A stretch of 64,000 bases of DNA from Octopus vulgaris (Eukaryota), in the NCBI GenBank assembly GCA_951406725.2, contig OX597821.1:81592001-81656000 (forward strand). Reading direction: 5' to 3'. Below, in pieces: positions 1 through 14,210 of the stretch; the stretch's first letter is position 1; every line of letters begins with the position of its first letter. The position numbers were made by a program, and so were the translations under genes. Below the pieces are notes generated by a model. The model was not told the DNA's origin. It saw nothing but the letters and a program-made list of their open reading frames with translations, and made no database searches.

Positions 1-259
1 CATCTTAAAACTGACACTAACTAAAATTACGTGCAATTTGCTAGTAAAGTAAGCTAAAAGTAATGGCTATCAAAGGTTAAAAAGAAAATATCATAACATT
101 GACAAAAGTCATTAAAAAAACTGGAACTCTATTTGTGAAAAACCAAATTACTTTCTTGCCAACTCAATATATACACACACATATATACACAGATATATGT
201 ACATACACACACATACATGTACATAAACACATATATACAGACACACATATACACACACA

Positions 260-305
<46 letters not shown>

Positions 306-2752
306 TACACACACATTTATATACATATATGCATAAACACAACATACATGCACACGTGTGCACAAGCTTCCTTGCAGTTTCCCCCAACCAAATTCACTCA
401 CACGAAATTAGTTGGCTTGGACCTGTAGTAGAGACACTTGCCCAAGATGCTATACAGTGGTACTGAACTTGAAACCATGTGACTGGAAAGCAAACTTCAT
501 AACCACACATCCACGCCAGTGCCGAGTCAATTCATCTCACTCAAATTACAAAACATTTTGCTTAAGGCTCTAACGATTCTTTTAATTCACTGCCTATATA
601 CACACACACATACACAAATATGGATATCAGTCTATCTATCTATCTGGAAATATATTGAGTTAATGTTTGTTTTTATGTTCAGTTATAATAATAATTTAAA
701 ATTAATCTGATGGTTTACCCTTTACTGTTGCAGAGTATGGATTTATTATTTTTATACAAGAATGTTGTTGACAGTGACTTTGAAGTTACAGCCAATTAAG
801 TCATTGTTGACAGTCCAAAACTTCAGAGTTGCTGTTAATAATATTCTTGTTTAAGAGAACTAAATGTATAGATGTGTGTGTGTGTGTGTGTCTCATCATC
901 ATCATCATGCTGGTATAGGTTAGATGGTTTGACAAGAGCTGGCCAGGCAGGAGCCTCCACCATACTTGTGTGTCTGTTTTGGCATGGTTTATTTATTAGA
1001 CTGTAGAAAAACAATTAGGGATATCAGCAGGAGTACTAAGTTGGAGAATGAGATTTGAATCTTGTAAATAAGAATGATATGATTATATAATTTCTGCTCT
1101 ACTTCACATTGAGATAAGACCAGGATTTCAATTATGGAGCCACAAAATATATAGATAAAGAATCATGTAGCCTTGACGCCAACAAGAAATTTGAACTAGA
1201 TCTATGACTTTGGTGGATTATGTATAACAAAACTTTGCTCATTGTGATAGAAGGCTTGTCTATAATGAAAACTCACTCCTAAATATATTTAGTTTGGAAA
1301 TTTAAGTTCAACATAGATGTACATAAATCATCATCATTATTTAATGACCGTTTTCCATGCTGGCATGGGATTGACATGGAACTGGCCAGCTGGGAGGTGT
1401 CCAGACTCCAATTGTCTGTTTTGGTATGGTTTCTGCAACTGGATAGCTTTTCTAATGCCAGCCACTTTACAGAGGGGACTGGGTACTCTTTACGTGACAT
1501 TGGCACGGGTGCTTCATGGGTGACACCTGCACAAGTGAGTTATATGGGCACTAGCATGAGTGTTTTATACATGGCAACAGCACGGGGGCTTTTTATGTGG
1601 CACTGGCCTGATGCTTCAATCCACAAACCTTTCAAAAATGATTTAATCAAAAGAAAAATCTATTGTCAAAATATGGACATTTAAAAAAAAAATTGAATTG
1701 TCGGTGACCTGCAGAGCATTAAATGACACACACATCTCTATTGTCATGAGTCTAAATACTTCTTAGAAGCTTCCTAGTATTAATGGAGGGAGAGGTTCTG
1801 TTAATACAAATGTATAACGAGATAAAGTATGTATCTTCTTTAGCACCAAGTCTCAACAAGCAACACACATACACATGCAACATCCCAACAATACAAACAT
1901 ACAAACTTGTGCACACATACACAGATACAAATATATTCATGCATAAATTTGCATGTAATCATATAACATCTCAGATCCAGATAATAAACTATATTGCAAT
2001 ATTGATTAGTTTCATGATAGATGTACAGACTTGATACTAGAGTTGCATAAGTTTGTACGAACACACACACACATCAGAAACACACATCTGCACAGCATCA
2101 CACACAAATATATACATTATTATGCACACAGGCATACAATCAAACAAATCTATAAATACATGTCCAAACACACATCTTTATCATCACAACATATGCTTTT
2201 CCATGCTTGCATGTGATGGACAGGTGTGACATATACCTTTTAAATATATACTCAAATGCAGTGCAAATATGCATACACTTACACAACATACAGTGACACA
2301 TACACACACTTCCCTATTCACCTACAAACACACATGCATACATCAGACAACAGAGCTAACCACAGTAACCTATTTTGCCAAAATTTGGTCAGCACCATGA
2401 AAACACCATAAACAACACAACAGACTCACAAGTCTCACATTGCTGGCATTCTGCCTCGCTCATCTTGTTGGTCTTCTCTCACTATATTGGTAAGGTGATG
2501 AAATGAAAAAGTTAGCTGATTGCAGGGAGATAGCAAGAGTTAAGCAACAGAAACAACAGCAGGTGGTAAGGTAAATAAACGGATTAGCAACACTAAGCAA
2601 AACTGTGCAAGGAAATGTGCAAGAAGCCGTAGATCAATACGATGAGGCAAAGGTTTGTTTGGAAGTCAAGAAAGTTATGGATGTAAGGCCATGTCATTCC
2701 CAAAAGGAGAGAAGACAAAGCAGGTGTCATGAAGATGACAAAGGTTGTTTAC

Positions 2753-2851
2753 CTGAATGGCCACGAGACCTAAAATGGTAATTAGAATGGCCAAAAGGAC
2801 TACTTGGGTTGACGTAAGGCGTACCAGGTGACACTGGGAAAGGAGGGGTTG
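2753..2851 (-). CDS. TNS: Tensin-like gene, exon F (99 nt, phase 1-1): ATPPFPVSPGTPYVNPSSPFGHSNYHFRSRGHS
   Basis: Acceptor ttcctatattttag|CAACC and donor TCAG|gtaaac. Carries a TPxFPVSPxTPYV motif as in tensins, and its phase fits exon E. Too short for the ORF track. Confidence 0.82.
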
Positions 2852-3569
2852 CTAAAATATAGGAAACAAGTGTAGAAAAAAATAACATTCATGTGACTAA
2901 ACATGCTTTAATAAGAAAAAGAAAAAAAATTGAGAAAATAATCATTGAAAAAAGTCAGCTACAAACTACAAGGAAAACATTACTACAACTACACAAAAAA
3001 TTAAAACAAAACAGTAAAGGAAGGAAAGAAAGAAAAAGGAATGAAAGGAGGAATGAAAGAAGTAATCACATTCAAACATGGAAAATTACACAAATGGTTC
3101 CTGAAGGTGAACCAGCAAATAAAGATGAGACATGCATGAGTCGGGGAAGGAGAGTCAAGACAGTATAAAAATAACAGTAAAAATAACAAAACAACTGGTT
3201 TGAGTGCAGAGGTGATAAAAACAAATACAAAAACATAACAGTGATGGACAGTGAAGTAAAACACACACACACAAAAACGAGATCTGAGGTGAAGGGGGGT
3301 AAGGGCTAGTAAAGCAATACAATCACCAGGGTTGTGGTTTCAAATATCATTCCATCATGCTCAGGTTAACGAGTTAAACCCATTGTTGCTGTTTGTTGTT
3401 CAACTGATTTTTGTGATCATTACTATTGTGGTTGTTGTTAATATTATTATTATTGCTATTCCTACCTAGGATTAATTAGTATTCTTTATGATATCACTTC
3501 CACTATTTCACTGTTACCTTTAGTAACAACATAATCATCTCAATTTCCTCCGTTAAGTTAAGGCTGTAA

Positions 3570-3765
3570 TTATCATCATTAACTTTATCATTATTATCAT
3601 CATCATTATTATTATTATTGATATTGTTATTATTATTATTACTATTATTATTGGTATTGTTATTATTATTATTATTATTATTGATATTGTTATTATTATT
3701 ATTGATATTGTTTTTATTATTATTATTATTGATATTGTTTTTATCATTATTATCATTATTATTAC
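3570..3765. repeat. (ATT)n-rich compound microsatellite
   Basis: Direct reading. Other long simple repeats lie at 165-350, 4345-4535, 53380-53425, 53630-53820, 54270-54420 and 57700-57790. Confidence 0.9.
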
Positions 3766-4047
3766 AGCGAGAATTTCATATAAACCACATTTTAAGAATT
3801 ATGGTCCATTTGTTATGTTATTCTCAATCTTTTTCTTTCTGTTTATTTTTCTCTTCCTTTCTTTACATCAGACTTAAGCCCCTGAACAAACAGCCTTGAA
3901 TTGTTTTATCTTTCAGAAACCAGACACAAATTATGGCTCAAATTCCCACCACGCAGACAATTATTCTCAAAATAGACAAAATACCAAACATGTATGAGGC
4001 AGACTGGATGAAACATTGCATGTTTGTTATGAGGGAAAACATGTTAC

Positions 4048-4128
4048 CTTTGAAAAAAAGAGAATGAAAATGAAGTGATTTGGCAGAATGGGTAAATGAT
4101 GAGGCAACAGGTGAAGAGGTGACTGTTG
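4048..4128 (-). CDS. Candidate 81-nt cassette exon (phase 1-1): ATVTSSPVASSFTHSAKSLHFHSLFFK
   Basis: tag|CAACA ... AAAG|gtaaca. Open and frame-compatible between exons E and F; the acceptor tract is weak. Confidence 0.3.
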
Positions 4129-4373
4129 CTATTTCATAAACATAAGGCACACACTCACACACATAAACACACACACTCACACGAAGAATGGTAGTAAGAA
4201 TACTCCTATATACTTTGAAATATCAAAGCATTTTTCTGTAGAATATTATCCTTTATTCAGGAATGACTCATTCATTGTTCACTAATTCTATGTACTGTAC
4301 CTGAGCACTGTATACAATAAGCTCATTATATATCATTATTATATTTCATATATACACACATGTATATATATAT

Positions 4374-4431
<58 letters not shown>

Positions 4432-4447
4432 TATGTATGTATATATA

Positions 4448-4488
<41 letters not shown>

Positions 4489-4692
4489 GTACGTATACAC
4501 ATAGACATATATGCATGTACGTATGTGTGTATATATAAAAAAAGAGAATAATGATTATCATCAATCAGCATTATTGTAGTGCACTGGAGCTGTGTGTATA
4601 ATAATCTCATGAACATTATTATTATTAATTTTATGATTAAATGAAAGTAAGCAAAAATCCAAGAAACTGATAATCAAGAACCGAAGACTCAC

Positions 4693-4858
4693 CGACGCTT
4701 GATGCTGGGCTGACGGGGAAAGCTGGTGTAGTTGGGCGACCAAGAGTGGACATCGAATCTGGTTCAAGGGTTTGAACACCTGGACCAATGGGTCGTAAAG
4801 AAATGCGGTCTTCTTCTATTTCTCTAACCTCCAGTGGCGGTTCTTTTGGCACCTGGGT
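4693..4858 (-). CDS. TNS: Tensin-like gene, exon E (166 nt, phase 0-1): TQVPKEPPLEVREIEEDRISLRPIGPGVQTLEPDSMSTLGRPTTPAFPVSPASSV
   Basis: Acceptor ttttctactactttgcag|ACC and donor GTCG|gtgagt. The PTTPAFPVSP motif is typical of tensin central regions. Confidence 0.85.
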
Positions 4859-7362
4859 CTGCAAAGTAGTAGAAAACCAAATTAATGATCAGAAAACTTG
4901 AAAGTCATAAGATATTAGTTTTATTGTAATATACAAAACAAAAATGAAGTTGATTCTGAGAAGATAAAAACGCAACAACAAAAAAACAAAAGTAAATCAA
5001 GAGAAAATAAAAATATAATGATGGGGGTGAGATTTTTATATGTAAAAAAAAAAAAAAAGACAAACAGAGTAGAAGAAAACAAGGTCAAATTAAGTGAGCC
5101 ATGAAATAAAATCTTGGCAAAGAATTATGAAATGTTACTAATGAAGGATGATGTCAGAAAGGAAAACAACCTAGGTTTGATGGTGCCAGCAAAGAAAGTA
5201 CAGAATACCATTGAGATAATAGTGTAAATAGGTTGGTATTGTGTAATTTTCCAAACAGATATAAGGTTGATAAGAGGGGATACTGAAAACCGAAGTAGTA
5301 TATGAAGTGATATAAGTACATGTGTGTGTGTGTGGATGTGTTTTGCAGAGTGGCAAAAAGGGTTCCAATAACACACTGAGAATATGAAGTAATTTGGAAA
5401 GAACTCTGGTTCACAGAGATGGCTTGTTGAATAGTTTCCACTGAAATATCCTTCAAAGATAATAGTAAACCACTAAGAAGCATAATTTTGATTTGGAAAG
5501 CTTAATTAAGTAGAAAGGATATTGAAACATTTAAAGGTTGAATAAATCACAGTTCTACAAAGGATATTGTACATGGTGGCAGCAGTACAAGTGCAAAAGG
5601 ATATCGATACTAGTGGTGTAGAGGATAACTATGCTGATGAAAAGGATAAGAACAACATAAGAATAATTACAACACAGCTACAGGAGAGGACGCTATTACA
5701 GATAAGTACTATATAGATAATATTAGTTCTACTCTAATTAGAGATTGGGAGGCAGATTGTAGGACAGAATTTGTACACGTGAACAGAATTTGAAAATGTG
5801 AACTTGGGAGCTTTTAAGTTATCACTGTTAGAAACAACAGCAACATTGCTCTTGAATCTTACCCTACTGTTTCATAAAAGGGCACATTGGATAATGTACT
5901 CTTAAATACACTACTTAAAAAAAAAAAAAAAACCTGATCCTGGATGGAATGCTTTTTTTCATAGGCCTACTGGATTGTGACTGACCTGGGAGCTAAATAA
6001 GAAAAACTTTTGTATTTAAGTTACATTGATACTCTATAGGGATCACAAAAGAAACTTTAAAAAAACGTAAATATTGAAGTTTTTACACCCCAAATTTTAT
6101 TCACATATATTTTTAGAAATCAGGTAATATAGACAAAGGGGTCATCAATCAATAATGAGACAACTACACACACAAGTGGACAAACATCGATACAATACTT
6201 GGGTTTCCTAGACATTTAGTTCAGAAATTAACAGAAAATAATGTAGTCCAGAACCAAGGGAGATAAATCCCAACGATCATTTCGAGTTTACATTAAGCTT
6301 AGTGGTTATCTTCTCTTGGCATTCTTCAACCTCGACAGCCACTCCAATAACTTTGATGATTTAATATTGAGAAAAACCAAGACTAAAACTGAATACTGAA
6401 AGTTGACTAAAGACACAAGAAAGAAAGTAACGGTTGGAATACTGACAGAAAATGCACACAATCTATCCCAGTTAGGTCTGATTGTATACCTTTTCCTGCA
6501 GAGCTGACTTGGGTTGAACAACAACATTTACCGATCACCAGAGAAAACAAAATCCACCAATTTAATGGGTGAGTCAGCAGGGAAAAGGGACCTAGAATAG
6601 GGTAGATATATCACAGTAATGCAATCACGCAAAATAACTACACCCCGCTCATTCTTTTTTTGGCAATTTCTCTCCATTTCAGTTTAGAATCTCATGTCAA
6701 ATAAATTGTAATATAAATTCAAGAATTAAATGACTAGTTATTTAAAAATAAATAAATATATAAATACTCAAAATTTTAAACAAAAAGGAAAAAATAAGAA
6801 CATCATGGGAAAGAGATTTCATAGTGTTTTGGAAAGTGATATTTGGAAAATTAGATTGGTGACATTCAACAAGTGGAAAGGGAAAAGAGAGTTTTCAAAA
6901 CTAATACATAGGCTGACATTTGTAGAGAGTAAGAGGCACCACTGATCAAAGAAGCAAACACTTACAAAAACTACAAACAATAGAAAATGGAAAATTGAAT
7001 AATTGCTCAGAATAGATGCTACATTTTTTATGTTTCACTCACAGATTTGTCCGTTCATTATTATAACCAGACAGGATGTTGAACGCCAACACTGAAAGTG
7101 GTTTAAGCTAGTGCAGTTGCATCATCATTGCATAAGCCAACACCAGACCAATGGCACCATGTGCAGTATGCTGCACAGTCGAAATGTGCAACTATTGTTA
7201 TGACAATCAATTGACAGAAATTGCCAAGCTTAAGCGCCAGGCCAGATACAGATATGGTTCATAATGTATTGTAATAACGTTCCCACATTAGTAGCTTATC
7301 TGATGTCGTCAACTATACACATACACACACATATACTTAACTTCAAGTGACACTCTCTAAGG

Positions 7363-7807
7363 TAGGGGTGAGGAAACCCTTGCCTGCAAGTCCACTTTAT
7401 TATACCTACAGGCTGATATACTCATATGTACAAACTATAGTAAATTTTTCAATTATAAAATTTATACAATATACGGTGCGACATAGGTTGCATTCCCACT
7501 ACAACTTAGAAAGGTTAGACTTGAACAGAAATCATCCGGTATTTGCCATTTGCTAGGTTTTGTACCTTGAAACCCAACTACTCTCTAGCTGAAAAATATA
7601 GAATACCTCATAAGTAATAGAAACATCCTAGATTCAGAGCCAGTATTAATGAAAATGTTACACATTAACTTAACATGTTAAACTTATCTTTATTAATGTG
7701 TATCGAATTTGATAAATACAACATTTGCACAGATATAAGAGTTAGAACTGTGGACCTTTTCCTTTGGAAATTTTTGCCCGCCACACTAAAAAGCTCCCCC
7801 ACCCCTG
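7363..7807. mobile_element. hAT-type non-autonomous element (MITE)
   Basis: Ends taggggtg...cacccctg are inverted; 8-bp TSD ctctaagg at 7355-7362 and 7808-7815. Confidence 0.8.
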
Positions 7808-8937
7808 CTCTAAGGCCTACTGACAATCCTCTTTGATATCTGCCTAAAAACATTACCTATACACACAGAAGACTCACTTGACACATTTCGAAAAGAAACC
7901 ACAAGAAATGCAGCCATTGCTTGTACCCTCACTATTCTAGGATATAAGTTAGAAACTGATTTCAGAACCCTTGCAGCAGTGCAAGTAGATCAAGAAGATA
8001 TTGTCCAGACAAGCATATTTCCTAGATACAAAGATACTTGACATAAGAAAAGTTGCAAAAAGACTTGGAAAAGCTTCTGAATGGAATGAAAATAGGAAAC
8101 AGACTGAAAAGAACTTGTTGGAAAAATGGCAGGAATGGACTGAAATAGACAATCTTCAGTAATATAACAGCAATAGTATAAAAGAAAAAACAGCTACAGG
8201 TAGAGATAAGAAATATGTGAAAATAGACACCAGAGATTTAAACTGAAATTAATTATGGTATGTAATAGTTAACAGTCAGTTTTTTTGTTGTTTTTTTTTT
8301 GGTGTTCAAATCTGACAAAAGAAGTCTGTGCTTTTGTAAATCAGTAGTGATAACATTCTTCTAATTCTTACAAAGAGGAGGGTCGGTAGAAGCCGGAGAT
8401 TTTATACTCACAGGGGAAAGAAATAGTGTGACCAGTATTTATCTTGAATTAATTGCGGTCAATAGGTAAGGGGAATGTCCAGAGAAGAATGCAGAGTTGA
8501 GAAAGAAGCATTGATGAAAGAACCTAGCATGGGAGATGATGGAAGTGCATTGAGTTGGAGTGACTGGAGAGAGACAAGTGAGTAGAGTAAAGCAGCATGT
8601 CAGAGTTCAAAAGAGCAGAAGTTGTTCTGACAGCCATATAAAAAGACAGAGTGGGTGCACAGAGTGAGGCCAGATGGACACTTTATGAGCTAGAAATAGC
8701 AATTAAACCTTCTTCAAGATTTCTTAAAAAAGAACTCGGATAATGCCATCTTGTGTTGACTGTTTCTATATTTATTTATGATAGGATGGTCACAGCTGGA
8801 ATCTGTTTAACTATAAATTTGCTTCATCAGGACTGACTTAGGGTTAAACAATAGTAACTAACACTTAAATAGTCTTTTCTGAGAGACACTGTCTAGAATA
8901 TGCGTTGTGGCAGACTATGTGTACCAATACTCTAGGG

Positions 8938-9204
8938 TAGTGGTCCCCAAACTTTTTTGCAGCATGGACCAGGAGATCACACACATAACAAGACAGGAAA
9001 ATGTGCAGAATATATAATTTAATTATTACATATATAATACATGTATATAAGATATATAATACATATGTATTACAGATAACGGGCACTGAAGACTGTGATA
9101 ATAAAATAGAAATAAAATTTTAAAGGATACGCTTTCTGTGTATCCTGGTACCAAATGAACCATGACCCAAGACTGGTCCACAACCTGGAGGTTGGAGACT
9201 TCTA
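8938..9204. mobile_element. hAT/Charlie-like MITE
   Basis: Imperfect TIRs tagtggtccccaa / ttggagacttcta; 8-bp TSD ctctaggg at 8930-8937 and 9205-9212. Confidence 0.78.
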
Positions 9205-9469
9205 CTCTAGGGTACAGTTTATTTGTACTTTTCAAATGATTAGTAATTGTTTAGCATTGAAATATTTTCTTCTCTAAAGAATCCCAAATAGACTTAGCAA
9301 AAGAAGCAGTGGTAGCCCATGAAAATCTGTTAAGTTAAAGGCAGATAAAATATAAGTAAATAGAAAGGGAATTCTAAATGTAATCCTGGCTTCTCTGGGT
9401 GTTGATACATTGAAGCTCTGATGTCTGACAACTGACTAAGTAAACAACCCAAAAATTATTAACCATCGC

Positions 9470-9800
9470 ACCAACAACCACAATGAACACCTTTTTGAGC
9501 TCCATGTGTCTAACACATGTGGGCATGCATACAAAGTCAGAAAGCAGCACAGTTCTCATGACTTTCGGAAACATTTTTTCACACTCAGAGTTGCTGAAGC
9601 ATGGAGCAAACTCTACCTGCATCAGTTGTTAGTTGCCCAGACATAGCATCCTTTAAAACCTCCATATACATTCACATATGTGTCATGACTCATACACTGT
9701 TCACTTTCCTGGCTTTTGTACATAATTCTATGTACTATACATGCACCTTTGATGAGCTGTAGTGCACCTAAGCACTATACACAATAATTTCATTATTAAC
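9470..9800 (+). mobile_element. CR1-type LINE 3' end fragment
   Basis: Translates as NTCGHAYKVRKQHSSHDFRKHFFTLRVAEAWSKL, the CR1 ORF2 C-terminal pattern (GH..K...R..FF..RV...W..L). Followed by 3' UTR gtagtgcacct(g/a)agcact and an (att)n tail. Confidence 0.75.
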
Positions 9801-10623
9801 ATTACAAGTAACTTTGGCTTGGCAACACAATAGGAATCTTAAGAGGCATAATGATATTTGTAGAGAAGTGTTTTGACAAGAATATCATCCAGTCAGCTTA
9901 GAGGAACAACTGTCTATGGGAGCAGCAGAAAAGGCAAAGAGTTAACCAGTTAACTAAAGTGCACTTCTGTCTGTGTGTTAACATCAGTGTGTATCAGAGA
10001 GGGCAAGCAGAGTAACGTCCCTTGACCATCTATTCCTTAATGCAATGTGGGAGGGGGGAGGACAAATTGGACAATAGATAAAATAAGCCACGTTATTGAA
10101 GTTTATATCCTCAAGTAGAGTACTAGATAGAATAGAAAAGCTACAGTAGTCCCAAAATGTTCCAGTCATGATAGTTCATAGTTGATACACTTCATAAGGA
10201 AAATATCTATAACATATCTGGTATTTCAATACAGGTCATAGCATAGGAAACAAAGGGTGTCATCAAGTTTTAACAACCTGATAAATGTCAATTTGAATGG
10301 CATCTTGACAACTGCAGTGGACAAGATAATGTTATCAACAAGAACACTCTGCAAACTTCCATCACTGTTTAGCTGGGAACTAAATTTTTCCTACAAGGTC
10401 CCAAACAAAGAACTTATTACATGCACACACACATATAAAAATAGGCATGGCTGTGAGGTTAAGAAGTTTGCTTCCCAATCATGTGGGCCGTGGGTTCAGT
10501 CCCATGATGTGGCACACTGGGCAAATGCCTTCTAGTATAACCCTGGGTCAACCAAAGCCTTGTGAGTGGATTTGGAATACAGAAACTGAAAAAACCCTGT
10601 TGTGTATGTAAATGTATGTATAT

Positions 10624-10953
10624 TTGCCTGTGTTTGTGAGTACCCTAGTACAACAGTTGCCTGTGTTTGTGAGTACCCTAGTACAACAGTTGCCTGTGTT
10701 TATGAGTACCCTAGTACAACAGTTGCCTGTGTTTGTGAGTACCCTAGTACAACAGTTGCCTGTGTTTGTGAGTACCCTAGTACAACAGTTGCCTGTGTTT
10801 GTGAGTACCCTAGTACAACAGTTGCCTGTGTTTGTGAGTACCCTAGTACAACAGTTGCCTGTGTTTGTGAGTACCCTAGTACAACAGTTGCCTGTGTTTG
10901 TGAGTACCCTAGTACAACAGTTGCCTGTGTTTGTGAGTACCCTAGTACAACAG
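10624..10953. repeat. Intronic 33-bp minisatellite, 10 copies of TTGCCTGTGTTTGTGAGTACCCTAGTACAACAG
   Basis: Head-to-tail copies with one substitution (unit 3) and no spacers; embedded in a SINE. Confidence 0.97.
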
Positions 10954-13900
10954 ATGCAAATAAGCTTTATTGTCACACAAAAGAAATTGCTTATTTCCAG
11001 TCTCCAGTGAAAAACAGGTGCAGTTAAGTAAAAGTATTATCTAGCCTAGAAAAGGATGAAGGCTGGTGACAAGAAGGGCATCTGGTGGAAGATAATCTGC
11101 TTCAAAAGATTGCATTTGACTTACGTGAGCCTGGAAAAGTAGATTCTAAATGATGATGATGATGATCACATGCACAAACATGTTTTAAATTCTCTTCCAA
11201 AGCTTAGCTGCCTTTGGCTTGTTCTGAGATTTCTATATAGAATGATAGTCATCAATATAACAAACTATATAGAATGAATAGTGTGTACAGCATGTTTCAA
11301 GCTGTGTAAGACGTATTGTCTCCAGTAACCCTCTTAATTTACAACCACCGATATACATATGGTCTCTCATTTGCTCCGTCTTCAGAGTCTAGTGTAAAAA
11401 CTTTGGATTTACCTCTGTTAATCCTAACTAGAGGCTAGGAGAAACTAAAGGAAGTTGTTGAGTCAAGAAAATATAATGAATCAGTCTTTAATGATGCAAT
11501 TGTGTAAACAATGATAATTGTTTTAATATAGGCACAAGGCCATAAATTTGAGGGAAGGGAGTCAATTGCACTGACCCTAGTACTTGGCTGGTATTTTGTT
11601 CTATGAATCCCAAAAGGATGAAAGGCAAAGTCAATCACAGCAAGATTTGAACTCAGAGCATAAATACCACAAAGCATTTTCTACAGTACACAACAATAAT
11701 AAATAACGTTTCTAAAAAAGACACAAAGCTAAGAATTTGGAGGAGGGAGAACCATTGATTATATCAATTCTAGTACTTGACTGGTAGATTAATTTATTGA
11801 CCCTCAGAAAGATAAAAGGCAAAGGTGACCTCAGTGAGATTTGAAATCAGGCTGCAAATAACCAGAATGAACACCAGAAGGCATTTTGTCTAATCCACTG
11901 TTCTTGATTTCTGACATCGGTACAATGCCTCAAATTTGGTGGGAAAGTTATAATCAATTATATTGGTCATAATACTTGATATTATATTTTATTGACATTG
12001 TAGCCAGATTTGAACTCAGAATGTAAGAGGTTGTAACTAAATACTGCAAAGTATTCAGTCCAATGTTCTACAGATTTAGTCAATCTGCCATTGACACATA
12101 TCTGAATATATTCACCCTGAAGATTGTAATGTGACTGGTTAAGTCTCCTAATATGACTGCCAGCTATTATTGCCCAACTGCTGGGGTTTCATTTTGTTTA
12201 TGTATGAGGAATGTTCAATGGTTTTAAACAGATCTGATGTGATATATCTGATTAACAAGATGTAGAGAGAACTTGATGTTTTAGGATGCAAAATGTCACC
12301 ATGGTTGAAGGTGAATGCAAGTAAACAAACGTCTACCTCACTTCTATTTATATCGAGCCTCAACTACTGTGTTATCGGACGATCTGTGATGATGTAATTA
12401 TAGCTCAAAACGGTTCCTTGCTGCTCAACTAAGAAACATAATTATAAGATATTTTATCTTTCTACGAAGACACAAGAGAAAACAACAGCAACACCCCCAC
12501 ACACATCTCTATACATCCCACAAGCTAAAATACAACAGGAACAAGAAAGAAATAATAATAAAATTCCATGAAGGTTAGAAGAATGCCCCCTTATATAATG
12601 CTTTCATCACCTTCTACTACTTATTAGTATTTTGTATGATTCACTAAGTAAAACCAGATGAGCGGGTAGAGAGGGAGAGGTGTTCTAAGACTTGTGCAAT
12701 ACAGTTATCAACAACCCACAAGTAAACTGTAAATAATGTAGTTCTGTACCATTCTTTATTCTCTTACAGGGGTGGGGTCAACTAAATGACTCACAGATTG
12801 GCAATGAAATAGAATAAAATCCTTCTTTATTTTTGTAACACAGAATTAGAGATTAAAAACTGCTTCCCCATCCCCTCTCTGTCTTTTGGCTTGCTTCTGG
12901 CTTATCTTCTTACAAGTGGTTGGCATTATTCTATACAGATGTCCTGTCAGTAAAGGTGATTGACATAATAAAGTGAATTTGTATCCAGCATGATACTTTG
13001 CAGAACCAAGTTCAAAACCTGACAAGTTCAGCTTTGTCATTTATTTCTCCAGAATCAATAAAATAAGTTTTCCAAAATTCGTTCACAAATATGTGTTAAA
13101 TGGTTCCTGCTGTAACAGAGATAGACAAGCGTAATAACCATAGCAAACCTAAGCTTTGGGGTCTACTTAGATCTCAATCTAAATTAAACTCTAAAGCAAG
13201 GGCAGGAGATTACCCTCACGGCAGGGATGTAGATATGTAACCAACAAATTAATTGAATAGCTGCAGAAAGATTGAAGAAGAAAATGATGATAACTACAGA
13301 AGAAAGGGGAAGATTGGGAATGGCAGCTCTTTGGATGGAAACCAGCATATTTAGAGCAACATCAAAGATTACAGCATGCCATAGATTGAATATTTGATTA
13401 CTGAATAGAATCCAGATTTTTCCCTCTAAACAGTCTCATCAAGTTTCAATTAGAAGGATATAAACACCTACTTATATTTTATATTTCATCTATAAACAAA
13501 ACAGAAAGACAGGCGTAGCTGATGCCAATAACGAATGCAGCAGTCCTATATCTTAGACACACTGTAGACGAAGCTTAAAGAGCCTCTAAACAGCAGCCAA
13601 TCTCTCTCAAATAACATCCTTTATTCTTAAAAGAAAGGAAGGACAGTTGCATAATTTGGTTCGAGATACACTGAGAAAAATTCTACTTGTACAACAAAAA
13701 CACACCCTGGTGACCACCCACAATGCTCAGCAGGCCAGAATGCACTGACTATTGCTTGTGTTTACATGACTATGCTGCAAGGGTATGTATTTTTTTCTTC
13801 TTTTCTATATAAATTTATGTACTCATACCCATCATCATTAGACTGGTGAACAGAAAAAAATATGAAGGCATTTGATCCTAATAAATGGCACAGATGCATG

Positions 13901-14210
13901 TATTCTCTACAGGGAAAGGTAGAGATGATTAAACAAAAAAGTAAAAATACATGATGGTGGAAGTTTTGCTGTTGTGAGCCAAGTATAGTGTCAATGAATC
14001 TTATTTCTTCCATTTACAAAATGCATGGGGACGATTAATTCATCCCTATATTTTTTGAGGACGAACTTGTTAATACTGTAATGTAGTTGGACTTGGCAGT
14101 TCACTTCATAGGCTTTAATAGTAATAAAAAAACCTAGTGGTGGTGGATAAGGTGAATCACATGCGCTTTATAATTGATGTTGTGTACCCCTTTAGACACA
14201 TGAACAGTGT

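Noticed and set aside
99-4616. ORFs rich in YI/HT/CV/poly-I/poly-L
   Set aside because: Translations of dinucleotide and trinucleotide microsatellites.
7292-7313. Resemblance to miR-21 5' end (tagcttatc)
   Set aside because: Only 9 nt match, there is no supporting hairpin, and the family is vertebrate.
10624-10953. CRISPR-like 33-bp repeats and the 132-142 aa repeat ORFs
   Set aside because: Units are contiguous with no spacers, there are no cas genes and the context is eukaryotic; the ORFs arise from a stop-free 33-bp period.
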